A stretch of DNA of 64,000 nucleotides. Source: an uncultured Chloroflexia bacterium. Its GTDB lineage: Bacteria > Chloroflexota > Limnocylindria > Limnocylindrales > CSP1-4. The position numbers and the translations under genes were made by a program. Shown piece after piece: positions 20,533 to 30,547 of the stretch (positions within the stretch are counted from its first letter, which is position 1; each line of letters begins with the position of its first letter). The stretch is from the NCBI GenBank assembly GCA_963813535.1, contig CAWEZH010000002.1, forward strand, positions 832,001 to 896,000, read 5' to 3'. The notes under the pieces are model-generated. The model was given only the letters and a program-made list of their open reading frames with translations, had not been told where the DNA came from and made no database searches.

Positions 20533-21516
20533 TCAGATGTCCGCGTCGAGCGCGGCGCGGACGGGACCGGCCAGCGCGTCGAGCGTCGCACGGTCGAAGG
20601 GCGCGGGCAGGTCGAACATGACGGCGCTCGCGCCGGCGTCGCGGTAGCGGCGCAACTCGGCTGCCACCGCCTTGGCGGTGCCCGCGAACGGCGAACCCCC
20701 TGCCGCTGAACGGGCCGCTGCGGCATCGGTGGCATGCCGCTCGAGGACCCCGGCCAGCGTCCCGACGGCGTCCTCGCGGGTCGCCCGGATGCACGGCGGC
20801 GGCAGGCCGACGGTGCGCTCGATCGATGCCGGGTCCCTGCCGACGCTCGCGCAATGCTCGTCGAGGATCGCGCTGCGACGTGCGAACGAATCGGGGGAAT
20901 CGCCGTCGGCGTTCCAGATGTCGGCCGTCTCGGCGACGATCCGCAGCGTCCGACGCTCCCCGCTGCCACCGATCACCAGCGGGAGGCGTTGCTGGACGGG
21001 CGGCGGGTCGTTGCGTGCCGCGACGGTCGTGAACCACTCGCCGTCGGACGTGACGGCCTTTCCGTCGAGCAGCCCGCGGCAGATCCTGGCAGCCTCCGCG
21101 AAGCGGTCGATGCGTCGTCCGAGGGGTGGGAACGCGAACCCGAAGGCTCGATGCTCAGGCTCGAACCAGCCCGCACCGAGCCCCAATGCCGCGCGACCGT
21201 TCGTCGCGTGGTCGAGCGTGGTGGCCATCTTCACGAGGAGCACCGGGTTCCGATAGCCGGCGCCCGAGACGAGACAGCCCATCCGGGCTCGGTCGGTGAT
21301 TCCGGCCCAGCCGAACAGCGTCGCCCACCCCTCGAAGACCGGCCCATCGATGTCACCGACGGCACCCTCGGCGCCGGGCGCGAGAGGCAGGAAGTGGTCG
21401 TTGCTCCACAGCTCGTCGAAGCCCAGCCGATCGATGTCCGCCCCGATGGCCATCAGGTCCGGCCACGACACGTGCTGGCCCCACACCTGGAAGCCGACTC
21501 GCAGACGACGCGCCAT
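20533..21516 (-). CDS. LLM-class flavin/F420-dependent oxidoreductase
   Basis: WSNDHF, YRNPVLLVKMATTLDH, GLGAGWF, IGGSGE. Confidence 0.9.
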   Translation of the reverse strand: MARRLRVGFQVWGQHVSWPDLMAIGADIDRLGFDELWSNDHFLPLAPGAEGAVGDIDGPVFEGWATLFGWAGITDRARMGCLVSGAGYRNPVLLVKMATTLDHATNGRAALGLGAGWFEPEHRAFGFAFPPLGRRIDRFAEAARICRGLLDGKAVTSDGEWFTTVAARNDPPPVQQRLPLVIGGSGERRTLRIVAETADIWNADGDSPDSFARRSAILDEHCASVGRDPASIERTVGLPPPCIRATREDAVGTLAGVLERHATDAAAARSAAGGSPFAGTAKAVAAELRRYRDAGASAVMFDLPAPFDRATLDALAGPVRAALDADI

Positions 21517-21518
21517 GC

Positions 21519-22577
21519 TCAGGATGCCCCGACCTGGACGACCGTGCCGGTCCGCGCCGAGCGCTCGGCCGCTTCGAGGACGCGCAGGCCGCGGAGGGAA
21601 TCGGTGGGATCGACCGGCGCCGCACCGTCCCCGCGGACGGCATCCCGAAAGAGCTCATAGAACCGGCTGTAGTCGCCACGCTCGCTCGGAACCGGCGTGG
21701 GTGGGCTGCCGGGGGCATAGAGCTGGCCCCAGTCCTCTCGTGCGTCGTCACCGAAGCCCGGGTCCCTTGGCCGTCGGCCGGCCAGGAGCCGCGCCTCCTG
21801 CTGGTCGCGCTCATCCTTGACGTATTCGGCGGCGAGTCCACGAACCCGGAACCTGGGCCGCCCCGACGATGCGATGAGTGAGGTCCACAGGAGCGACCGC
21901 ACGCGGCCGGCGTGCTCGATCGCCACGAAGACCGAGTCGTCGATCCCCGTTCCCGGCCGCCGGCGGTCCATCTGCGCATACACGCGATCCGCAGCGCCGA
22001 AGAGCAGCAGGGCCTGGTCGACCAGGTGTGCGCCGAGGTCCCGATGCGGGCCGCCACCCTGCTCGACGTCCTCGCGCCACGCCTCGGCTACGGGGACGCG
22101 GATCTCGAAGCGGGATTCCAGGCTGTCGATGGGACCGAGCGTGCCGGCATCGATCAGCCGGCGCACGGTCAGGAAGTCGCCGTCCCAGCGCCGGTTCTGG
22201 TACACGGACAGGATCCGGCCCGATCTGTCAGCGGCCTCGATCAGCCGTTCCGCCTCGGGGATGCTGGTGCCGATCGGCTTGTCGACGACGACGTGTCGCC
22301 CGGCCGCGATGGCTTGGATCCCGACCGGCACATGGCTCAGGTTCGGCGACGCCACGACGACCAGTTCGACATCGGAGACGGCGAGCAGCTCGTCGACCGT
22401 ACCGACGACCCGGGCATCCGGATGGTCGGTATGCGCCTCGGCCCGGCGGTCCGGGCGGGTCGTGGCGATCGCCGCGATCCGCAAGCCGTCGACGGCGTCG
22501 ATGAATGGCGCATGGAAGAAGCGGCCGGCGAGCCCGTACCCGACCAGGCCGACGCCGATCCCGCCCGACGAGCCCAT
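21519..22577 (-). CDS. Gfo/Idh/MocA oxidoreductase (IolW/YdgJ-like)
   Basis: GYGLAGRFFHAP, VVDKP, YQNRRWDGDF, DLGAHLVD; GAGGAGG RBS. Confidence 0.9.
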   Translation of the reverse strand: MGSSGGIGVGLVGYGLAGRFFHAPFIDAVDGLRIAAIATTRPDRRAEAHTDHPDARVVGTVDELLAVSDVELVVVASPNLSHVPVGIQAIAAGRHVVVDKPIGTSIPEAERLIEAADRSGRILSVYQNRRWDGDFLTVRRLIDAGTLGPIDSLESRFEIRVPVAEAWREDVEQGGGPHRDLGAHLVDQALLLFGAADRVYAQMDRRRPGTGIDDSVFVAIEHAGRVRSLLWTSLIASSGRPRFRVRGLAAEYVKDERDQQEARLLAGRRPRDPGFGDDAREDWGQLYAPGSPPTPVPSERGDYSRFYELFRDAVRGDGAAPVDPTDSLRGLRVLEAAERSARTGTVVQVGAS

Positions 22578-22585
22578 CGGCCTCC

Positions 22586-23827
22586 TCAGCTCCCGAGGTG
22601 AGGGCCGGCGACCTCGCGGAAGCGTTCGGCGACGCGCTGGGCCGCCGCGGCGTCGTCGCGCATCCGGAGCCCGAATGGCGCCAGGTTCGTGTCGAATACG
22701 CCGATGCCGATGCTCATCGACCGGGCGAGCAGCGCGTCGGTCTGGGGCAGCATCCCGGCGCGATACGTCGGCGTTTCGCTGCCGTAGCAATCACAGTCGA
22801 ACGGACAGCCCTTGCCGCTGACGGTCCGCCGCTCGAGCAGATGCTCCATGTTCGCGTACACGTGCCAGCCAGAGGACGCGAGCGTGATGGAGCCGAGCTC
22901 CTCGGCGATGGCCGTGGCGATCTCGGGCGTCGGGAAGGTCACCACGAGGTGGGTGGCCAGGTCGCCTTCCGGATCCACGATCGTGCGAAAGCCCAGGCCG
23001 GGCAGGTCCGAGATAGCCGATTTCACGATGGTCTTGTTGGCTCGCAGGTGATCGCGGATCAGGTCGAGCTTCCTGACCTGGGCCAGGAGGACCGCGCCCG
23101 ACAACTCGGTCATCCGGAAGTTGAGTCCCAGGAAGGGACGATCCGCGTATTTCGAACCGCTCCGGTTCGGGGCGTGGCCCTGGTCGTGGATCGCGAAGAA
23201 CCGCCCGTACAGCTCCTCGTCGTCCGTCACGATCATCCCGCCGTCGCCACAGGTGATGGTCTTGTACTCGTTGAAGCTGTAGATGCCGGCCGTGCCGATC
23301 CCGCCGACACCCTGACCCTGGTAGGTCGCTCCGAACGCCTGTGCGCAGTCCTCGATCAGCGGGATGCCGTGGCGGTCGGCGACGTCCTTGAGCTCGTCGA
23401 GGCGGGCCGGCGCGCCGAGCATGTGGACGACGAGGATCGCCCGCGTCCGGGGCGTGATGCGCGCCTCGACGTCAGCCGGATCGAGGTTGAACGAGTCGTC
23501 GACCTCGGCCAAGACCGGGACGCCGCGGGCATACACGATCGCCGAGATCGAGGCCACGAACGTGAAGCCCGGCACGATCACCTCGTCGCCCGGCCCGATG
23601 CCGATGCCGAGAAGGGTCACGAACAATCCGGCTGAGCCACCACCGTGCAACCCGAGGCCGTAGCGCACGCCGGCGATCGAGGCGATCTCCTGCTCCACCT
23701 TGCGGACCTTGGCCCCGAAGCCCGGATCCTCGTCGCTTCCGTAGCGGCTGAGCGACCGGTTGGTGAGGACCTGCATCACCTCGGCGATCTCTTCCTCGCC
23801 GATCAGCTCTACGCCCGGTCCGGGCAT
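22586..23827 (-). CDS. DegT/DnrJ/EryC1/StrS PLP aminotransferase
   Basis: GPGDEVIVP, EDCAQAFG, SFNEYKTITCGDGG (PLP Lys), GLNFRMTE. Confidence 0.93.
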   Translation of the reverse strand: MPGPGVELIGEEEIAEVMQVLTNRSLSRYGSDEDPGFGAKVRKVEQEIASIAGVRYGLGLHGGGSAGLFVTLLGIGIGPGDEVIVPGFTFVASISAIVYARGVPVLAEVDDSFNLDPADVEARITPRTRAILVVHMLGAPARLDELKDVADRHGIPLIEDCAQAFGATYQGQGVGGIGTAGIYSFNEYKTITCGDGGMIVTDDEELYGRFFAIHDQGHAPNRSGSKYADRPFLGLNFRMTELSGAVLLAQVRKLDLIRDHLRANKTIVKSAISDLPGLGFRTIVDPEGDLATHLVVTFPTPEIATAIAEELGSITLASSGWHVYANMEHLLERRTVSGKGCPFDCDCYGSETPTYRAGMLPQTDALLARSMSIGIGVFDTNLAPFGLRMRDDAAAAQRVAERFREVAGPHLGS

Positions 23828-23863
23828 GCCGGCCTCCCTCCATCCCTCCGCGCACCGCACCCA

Positions 23864-23912
23864 GTGCAACCGATTGCACGGAACGCTACCAGCACGATAA
23901 TCTGACCGTCAA
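23864..23912 (-). promoter_or_regulatory. Promoter with LacI-type operator in a divergent region
   Basis: Palindrome GTGCAACCGATTGCAC at 23864-23879; minus-strand TTGACG-N18-TAGCGT just upstream of it. Confidence 0.75.
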
Positions 23913-23948
23913 CACGTCGTCGCGGCATGAGTGGAGGGTCGGGAGCAC

Positions 23949-24842
23949 GTGAGCGATCTCCTGGAACGAATGGCGGGCGCGCCGATCACGTGGGGTGTCG
24001 ACGGGTCACCGGGCTGGGGCCACCTGATGGACCGAGACAGGGTCCTCAGGGAGATGGTCGAGAGCGGGCTGAGTGCGACCGAGCTCGGGCCGGACGGCTA
24101 CCTGCCCACCGATCCGGTCGAGCTGCAGGAGTTCCTCGCCCGATTCCGGATGAGCATCGTCGGCGGGTTCGTGCCTGCCCTCCTCTACCGGCCCGACCGC
24201 ATCGAGGAGGTCCTCGCCTACGTGGAGAGAGCCGCGCGGCAGCTCGCGTCGACCGGTTCGGCCGTCCTCGTCCTCGGCCCATCGACGCATCACCCCGGCT
24301 ACGACACGTCGGTCGACATGAGCGCCGATGAATGGACGACCTTCCTGGCCAATCTCGCCCGGCTCGAATCGCTCGTCACCGACGCCGGGCTGCAGACGGC
24401 CCTCCATCCGCATTGGGGCATGGCCATCGAGACCGGACGGCACATCGACCGACTGCTCGACGCGTCGTCCGTGGGTCTCTGCCTGGATACCGGTCACGTC
24501 TACCTCGCCGGGGCGGACCCGGTCGAGGTCGCGCGGGCGGCACGGGGCCGCGTGCTCCACGTCCACCTCAAGGACGTCGATCCGCAGAAGGCCGAACAGG
24601 TGCGCAGCGGCGAGGTGCCGTTCCGAGAATCGGTCATCGACGGGCTGTTCGTCCCGTTGGGCGAGGGTGCCGCCGATATCGCCGGCGTCATCCGTGTCCT
24701 CGAGGACGACGGCTATCGGGGCTGGTACGTGCTCGAGCAGGACGTCTCGCTCAAGGCGGAACCACCCGAGGGCACCGGCCCGAAGGCGGACGCGGTCGAC
24801 AGCGTCGCGTACCTGCGCGGCCTCGTCGGCGGTCGTGCGTGA
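23949..24842 (+). CDS. iolE: IolE-like inosose dehydratase (TIM barrel)
   Basis: GAPITWG, TELG, HPH, CLDTGH, HVHLKD, VLEQD. Confidence 0.78.
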   Translation: MSDLLERMAGAPITWGVDGSPGWGHLMDRDRVLREMVESGLSATELGPDGYLPTDPVELQEFLARFRMSIVGGFVPALLYRPDRIEEVLAYVERAARQLASTGSAVLVLGPSTHHPGYDTSVDMSADEWTTFLANLARLESLVTDAGLQTALHPHWGMAIETGRHIDRLLDASSVGLCLDTGHVYLAGADPVEVARAARGRVLHVHLKDVDPQKAEQVRSGEVPFRESVIDGLFVPLGEGAADIAGVIRVLEDDGYRGWYVLEQDVSLKAEPPEGTGPKADAVDSVAYLRGLVGGRA

Positions 24843-25759
24843 CGAACTCGACAGATGGACCGGCGGCCCGGTGCGTGCTTCCAGCTCGCGCGCAACTCGG
24901 GGAGTGCCCGCTCTGGAGCTCCGTCGAGGCGCGTCTCTACTGGGTCGACATCGACGGACGCGCGGTCCATCGCTTCGACCCGGCGACGGGGCTCGATGAA
25001 CAGGTCAACGCCCCCGGACGACCCGGCTCCCTGGCCCTGACAGGTGACGCCGGCCGGCTGCTCGTCGCCATCGAGGGCAGGTTGAGCGTCCTCGACTTTG
25101 GCATGGGGCGATGGACCGACTGGATCACCCTCGAGCCCGAGGGGCAGGGCAACCGCCTCAACGACGGCCAGTGCGATCCCGTCGGTCGGTTCTGGGTCGG
25201 CTCGATGTTCGCCGGGACCGGAGAGAAGCGGGCGACCGGCCTCCTCCACCGGATCGAGCCGGATGGGTCCGCTACGGTCGTCCGCACCGGCATCGGCGTG
25301 CCCAACGGGCTCGCCTTCTCCCCCGACGGACGGACCATGTATTTCGCCGATACGCATCGGGACCTGGTGTGGGCCTACGACTACGACCTCGACACCGGCG
25401 AGCCGGCGAATGAGCGGGTCTTCCTCGACTTCGCCGACCTGCCCGGGCGCCCGGATGGCGCCTGCGTCGACGAGGACGGGGGCTACTGGATCGCCTGCGT
25501 GTACGGCTCGGCGGTCCTCCGCGTTACGCCCGACGGGTCGGTCGACCGGCATATCAGCCTGCCGGTCGCGAAACCGACGATGCCGGCGTTCGGAGGACCG
25601 GACCTCGCGACCCTGTTCATCACGACGATCGGTGGCGGCGGATCCCACGCGGTCGACCCGTCACAACCGGACGCCGGCGGACTGTTCGCCGTCGAGACGG
25701 GCTTTCGCGGACGGCCGGAACCGCCGTTCGCGGGAGGCGCCGCCGTGTGGCCGGTGTGA
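24839..25759 (+). CDS. SMP-30/gluconolactonase family protein
   Basis: LGECPLW, RLNDG, PNGLAFSPDG, PDGACVD. Confidence 0.93.
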   Translation: MTNSTDGPAARCVLPARAQLGECPLWSSVEARLYWVDIDGRAVHRFDPATGLDEQVNAPGRPGSLALTGDAGRLLVAIEGRLSVLDFGMGRWTDWITLEPEGQGNRLNDGQCDPVGRFWVGSMFAGTGEKRATGLLHRIEPDGSATVVRTGIGVPNGLAFSPDGRTMYFADTHRDLVWAYDYDLDTGEPANERVFLDFADLPGRPDGACVDEDGGYWIACVYGSAVLRVTPDGSVDRHISLPVAKPTMPAFGGPDLATLFITTIGGGGSHAVDPSQPDAGGLFAVETGFRGRPEPPFAGGAAVWPV

Positions 25760-26751
25760 CCCCGCTGCCATCCGTCTGGTTCGAGCGACCGGTGCTCCCT
25801 GGTCTGGCGTTGTCCGTCGAGGCATCGTGCATGGTGCTCGGTCCCGGCACCGACGAGGATCGCTACGCGGGTATCGAGGGCGCCGTCGGGGCGGTCGCAG
25901 GTGCGGCCCGCTACGACGGCGCCGTCATGGATCGCGCACCGGGCCTGCGAGTCATCGCACGCACGGGGATCGGCTACGACGCGGTGGATGTCGCCGCGGC
26001 CACCGCCCGCGGGATCGCGGTCTGCAACACCCCCGACGGGCCGACGATCTCGACAGCCGAGCATGCCATCACGCTGATGCTGATGGTCGCCAAGAACGTG
26101 AAGCCATCGGAAGCCGCGCTGATCGCTGGATCGTCGGGTCGCTACTACGCCCGCCACTCGGGGATCGAGCTGGCCGGCAAGGTCCTCGGGCTGGTGGGGT
26201 TCGGCCGGATCGCGCGGCGGGTCGCGACGATCGCCGAGAGCATCGGGATGCGCGTCGTCGTGTTCGATCCGTACCTCGATGCGGCCGCTGTGCCGCAGCA
26301 GATCGGCCGGGCCGATTCCCTCGACGAGCTACTGCGCGAGGCCGACGTGGTGTCGGTCCACGTCCCGCTGTCGGACGCCTCGCGGGGCATGTTCGACGCC
26401 GGGCGGTTCGGCGCGATGAAACGTGGCGCGGTCTTCGTGAACACGGCGCGCGGCGGGCTCGTCGACCACGACGCGCTGCTCGCCGCGCTCGACAGCGGAC
26501 AGCTGGTCGGTGCGGGTCTGGATGTGACGCATCCCGAGCCGCTGCCGGTCGGCCACCCGCTGCTGGGCCGCGACGACGTGGTGGTCACGCCCCATGTCGC
26601 GTCGGCGACGTCGGACGGCAAGCTGCGCATCCTCCGCGCGGCGTTCGACGAGGCGATGGCCGTCCTCGACGGTCGCCGGCCGGACCATCTGGTCAACCCC
26701 GAAGTGTGGGACCGCATCGCGAGCGCGACCGTTGCAGGAGTGGACACGTGA
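25756..26751 (+). CDS. D-isomer-specific 2-hydroxyacid dehydrogenase
   Basis: GIGYDAVD, GFGRIA, VNTARG, GLDV...EP, TPHVA. Confidence 0.92.
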   Translation: MTPLPSVWFERPVLPGLALSVEASCMVLGPGTDEDRYAGIEGAVGAVAGAARYDGAVMDRAPGLRVIARTGIGYDAVDVAAATARGIAVCNTPDGPTISTAEHAITLMLMVAKNVKPSEAALIAGSSGRYYARHSGIELAGKVLGLVGFGRIARRVATIAESIGMRVVVFDPYLDAAAVPQQIGRADSLDELLREADVVSVHVPLSDASRGMFDAGRFGAMKRGAVFVNTARGGLVDHDALLAALDSGQLVGAGLDVTHPEPLPVGHPLLGRDDVVVTPHVASATSDGKLRILRAAFDEAMAVLDGRRPDHLVNPEVWDRIASATVAGVDT

Positions 26752-27920
26752 CGGAGATCGGCATCGGCGTCGTCGGCTTCGGCTGGATGGGCCAGGCGCA
26801 TTCGCGCTCCTACCGCGACATCCCGGTCTATTTCCCGGAGAGCGGGATCCGACCACGGCTCGCCGCCGTGGCCGACAACGTCCCCGACCGCCTCGAGCTG
26901 GCGCGCGAGAACTTCGGGTTCGCCACCACGACCCTCGACTGGCGGGAGCTGGTCGAGCGCGATGACGTCGACGTCGTCGATGTGACGGCGCCGAACGCCC
27001 TCCATCGCGAGGTCGTGGAGGCCGCGGCGGCTGCCGGGAAGCACGTCTTCTGCGAGAAGCCCGTGGGCATCGATCCCGAGGCGACCGCCGCGATCGAGCT
27101 CGCGGGACGACGTGCCGGCGTGGTCACGGGCTGCGGCTACAACTACCGCTGGGCGCCGCTCGTGCAGCACACCCATCAGCTGATCGCCGACGGCCGGCTC
27201 GGGGACCTGACGCACTATCGCGGCCGCTTCTTCTCGATGTACGGCCGCGACCGCCTCGGCCTGCTGTCGTGGCGGTTCCTCCAGGAGGAGGCCGGCTACG
27301 GCGTGCTCAGCGACCTCATGTCGCATGTCATCGACATGGCGCAATTCCTGTGCGGACCGGTCGCCCGTGTCGTGTCGACCAAGGAGATCTTCGTCCGGGA
27401 GCGGCCATTGCCGGTCCCGGGGCGCTCATCGCACTACGCCCGCGGCAACCCCGGCGACCCGACCGGGACCGTCACGAACGAGGACTACGTCGGAGCCCTC
27501 GTCGAGTTCGCCAACGGGACGCGCGGGACCCTGGAGGCGGATCGCTCGATCGTCGGACCGCAGAGCTCGATGGCCTATCAGGTCAACGGCTCGCGCGGGG
27601 CTGCCTCGTGGGATCACGAAAAGATCAACCAGCTGCAGCTCTACCTGCCTGACGAACAACCGAACGATGGCTTCATCGAGGTGCTCGCCGGCGACGCCTT
27701 CCCGCGTCAGGGCAATATCGTCCCGGGTGGCGGGAACTCGCTCGGCTACGAGGACATGAAGGTCATCGAGGCGCTCGAGTTCCTCGAGTCCGTCGCTGCC
27801 GGCCGGCCACATTCGCCGGGTTTCGAGGACGCGCTGGCCAATGCCTCGGTGGCGGCCGCGATGGCGCGATCCTGGACGAGCGGAGGCTGGGAGGATGTCA
27901 CCAGCCTCCGACGCGACTGA
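26748..27920 (+). CDS. Gfo/Idh/MocA oxidoreductase
   Basis: GFGWMGQAH, FCEKP, GYNYR, DLMSHVID. Confidence 0.92.
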   Translation: MTEIGIGVVGFGWMGQAHSRSYRDIPVYFPESGIRPRLAAVADNVPDRLELARENFGFATTTLDWRELVERDDVDVVDVTAPNALHREVVEAAAAAGKHVFCEKPVGIDPEATAAIELAGRRAGVVTGCGYNYRWAPLVQHTHQLIADGRLGDLTHYRGRFFSMYGRDRLGLLSWRFLQEEAGYGVLSDLMSHVIDMAQFLCGPVARVVSTKEIFVRERPLPVPGRSSHYARGNPGDPTGTVTNEDYVGALVEFANGTRGTLEADRSIVGPQSSMAYQVNGSRGAASWDHEKINQLQLYLPDEQPNDGFIEVLAGDAFPRQGNIVPGGGNSLGYEDMKVIEALEFLESVAAGRPHSPGFEDALANASVAAAMARSWTSGGWEDVTSLRRD

Positions 27921-27931
27921 GGGCGCAGAGC

Positions 27932-28693
27932 ATGCTGGAGAACCGCACCAAGGCGAAGCTGGCCGCCGGCGAGGCGGCCTTCGGGTGTTTCGTGCGCACG
28001 TCCGAACCGTCACTCATCGAATACGTCGGGATGCTCGGTTGGGACTTCCTGGTCTTCGACGCCGAGCACGGGACCCTTCAGCCGAGCGAGGTCGAGGACC
28101 TCTGCCGGGCCGTCGAGCCACGCGGCACGACCCCGATCGTCCGCGTCACGACGAACGACCCTTCGACGATCCTGCGCTACCTCGACACGGGCGCCCACGG
28201 CGCACACATCCCATGGGTCAACAGCGCGGCCGAGGCCGAACGAGCCGTGCAGGCGGTGAAGTACTCGCCGCGGGGCATCCGGGGCCTGGCCGGCAGCCGG
28301 GCCTCCGAGTGGGGCCTCCGCGAGCCGCTCAGCGCGTACGTCGAGCGCGCGAACCGCGAGACACTCGTCGTGATCCACATCGAGACGCAGGACGCCGTGG
28401 ACGCGATCGACGACTACCTGGCCATCGACGGGATCGACGTCCTGTTCCTCGGCCCGACGGACATGTCGCAGTCGCTCGGTCACCCGGGCGATACCCGCCA
28501 TCCCGACGTCCTGGCCGCCCTCGACCGGGTCGCGGCGGCCGTCGTCGGCTCGGACAAGGTGCTCGGGATCTACGCTGGCACCGTCGACATGACCAAGGAG
28601 TGGCTGGACCGTGGCGCGCGCTACTTCACCACGTCGCTCGAGCCATTCCTGCGCGAGGGGATGACGGCCCACCTTCGAGACGTGCGAGGCTGA
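27932..28693 (+). CDS. HpcH/HpaI class II pyruvate aldolase
   Basis: DAEHG, PIVRV, YSPRGIRG, IET, GPTDMS. Confidence 0.9.
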   Translation: MLENRTKAKLAAGEAAFGCFVRTSEPSLIEYVGMLGWDFLVFDAEHGTLQPSEVEDLCRAVEPRGTTPIVRVTTNDPSTILRYLDTGAHGAHIPWVNSAAEAERAVQAVKYSPRGIRGLAGSRASEWGLREPLSAYVERANRETLVVIHIETQDAVDAIDDYLAIDGIDVLFLGPTDMSQSLGHPGDTRHPDVLAALDRVAAAVVGSDKVLGIYAGTVDMTKEWLDRGARYFTTSLEPFLREGMTAHLRDVRG

Positions 28694-28700
28694 GATCACG

Positions 28701-30545
28701 ATGGACACGATCCGACTGACCACCGCACAGGCGATCGTGCGCTGGCTGCTGGCACAGCGGACGATGATCGACGGAAACGACGTCCCGGTGTTCGCCGGCG
28801 TGTTCGGCATCTTCGGGCACGGCAACGTGACGTCCCTGGCCGAGGCGCTCGAGCCCGTCCAGGACAAGCTGCCGACATGGCGCGGGCAGAACGAGCAGTC
28901 GATGGCGCTCGCGGCCGTGGCCTACGCCAAGGCGATGCGTGGCAAGCGGATCATGATCGCCACGTCCTCGGTCGGACCGGGCTCGACCAACATGGTGACG
29001 GCGGCGGCCGTCGCCCACGCCAACCGGCTGCCGGTCCTGCTGCTGTCCGGGGATACCTTCCAGCACCGCATCGTCGACCCGGTCCTGCAACAGGTCGAAC
29101 ACTTCGGCGATCCGACCATCACCGTGGCCGACACCTTCAAGCCGGTGAGCCGTTACTGGGACCGGATCACCAAGCCGGCACAGGTCGTTCGGTCCCTCCC
29201 CCAGGCCCTGGCTACGATGCTCGATCCGGCGACGCGTGGCCCCGCATTCCTCGCGCTCCCACAGGACGTCCAGGCCGAGGCCTACGACTTCCCGGTGCGG
29301 TTCTTCGAGCCACGCGTCCACTACATCCGCCGGCCGGGTCCTGACACCCGCGACGTGGAGCGGGCCGCGAGCGTCATCGCCGGCGCCAAACGGCCGATGC
29401 TGATCGCGGGTGGTGGCGTGCACTACTCCGACGCAGCCGACACGGTGCGCACGTTCGCCGAGCGACATGGCATCCCCGTCGTCGAGACGGTCGCCGGGAA
29501 GTCGACGCTCACCCACGATCATCCGAACTACGCCGGTCCGATCGGCGTGACCGGATCCCGTGCTGCCAACGCCGTCGCCGAGGAAGCCGACGTCGTCATC
29601 GCGGTCGGTACGCGACTGCAGGACTTCACGACCGGTTCGTGGTCGGTCTTCGGCGACCCCGACGTGCGGTTCGTGGCGGTCAACACGGCCTCGTGGGATG
29701 CCCACAAGCAGGGCGCCCTCGCGGTCGTCGGCGATGCCAAGGTCACGCTCGAGGCGATCGACCAGGGGCTGGGCGACTACGCGGCACCACCCGAGTGGCT
29801 GGCTATGGCCGATGAGCGGATCGCCGAGTGGCACGCCTATCTCGACTCGTGGTCAGGACGGCGGCACGACGGACCACCGGCCTATGCCGAGGTGATCCAG
29901 TCGATCAACGCCATCGCGGATCCACAGGACTACATCCTGTCGGCTGCGGGTGGCCTGCCCGGCGAACTGAGCATGGGCTGGCGCTCCAAGTCGGTCGGCT
30001 CGTTCAATTCGGAATACGGCTATTCGACGATGGGCTACGAGATCGCCGGGGCGTGGGGCGCTCGCCTTGCCCGTTCGACCGGTGACGTCATCGCCTGGGT
30101 CGGCGATGGCTCGTACCTGATGATGAATTCCGACATCTACTCGACGGTCATGACCGGCCAGAAGGTCATCTTCATGGTCTGCGACAACGGCGGGTACGCG
30201 GTGATCAACCGGCTGCAGGTCAACACGGGCGGGGCCGAATTCAACAACCTCCTGTCCACGACCCGCCACGAGCGCTACTTCCAGGTCGATTTCGTCAAGC
30301 ACGCCGAGGCGATGGGCGCGATCGCCGAGCGCGTCGAGAACATCGACCAGCTGCCCGACGCGTTCGCCCGTGCCAAGACGGCCGACCGGAGCTACGTCAT
30401 CGTCGTCCCCGTCGACCAGTACACATGGACCGAGGGTGGTGCGTGGTGGGAGGTCGGCATCCCGGAGGTGAGCGAGCGGCCGGGCGTCCGGTCCGCCCGC
30501 GACGCCTGGGAAGCCGACAAGCAGAAGCAGCGCGTCGGCGTCTGA
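28701..30545 (+). CDS. iolD: 3D-(3,5/4)-trihydroxycyclohexane-1,2-dione acylhydrolase (ThDP)
   Basis: GIFGHGNV, GQNEQSM, SAAGGLPGEL, EYGYSTMGYE, GDGSYLM. Confidence 0.96.
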   Translation: MDTIRLTTAQAIVRWLLAQRTMIDGNDVPVFAGVFGIFGHGNVTSLAEALEPVQDKLPTWRGQNEQSMALAAVAYAKAMRGKRIMIATSSVGPGSTNMVTAAAVAHANRLPVLLLSGDTFQHRIVDPVLQQVEHFGDPTITVADTFKPVSRYWDRITKPAQVVRSLPQALATMLDPATRGPAFLALPQDVQAEAYDFPVRFFEPRVHYIRRPGPDTRDVERAASVIAGAKRPMLIAGGGVHYSDAADTVRTFAERHGIPVVETVAGKSTLTHDHPNYAGPIGVTGSRAANAVAEEADVVIAVGTRLQDFTTGSWSVFGDPDVRFVAVNTASWDAHKQGALAVVGDAKVTLEAIDQGLGDYAAPPEWLAMADERIAEWHAYLDSWSGRRHDGPPAYAEVIQSINAIADPQDYILSAAGGLPGELSMGWRSKSVGSFNSEYGYSTMGYEIAGAWGARLARSTGDVIAWVGDGSYLMMNSDIYSTVMTGQKVIFMVCDNGGYAVINRLQVNTGGAEFNNLLSTTRHERYFQVDFVKHAEAMGAIAERVENIDQLPDAFARAKTADRSYVIVVPVDQYTWTEGGAWWEVGIPEVSERPGVRSARDAWEADKQKQRVGV

Positions 30546-30547
30546 CG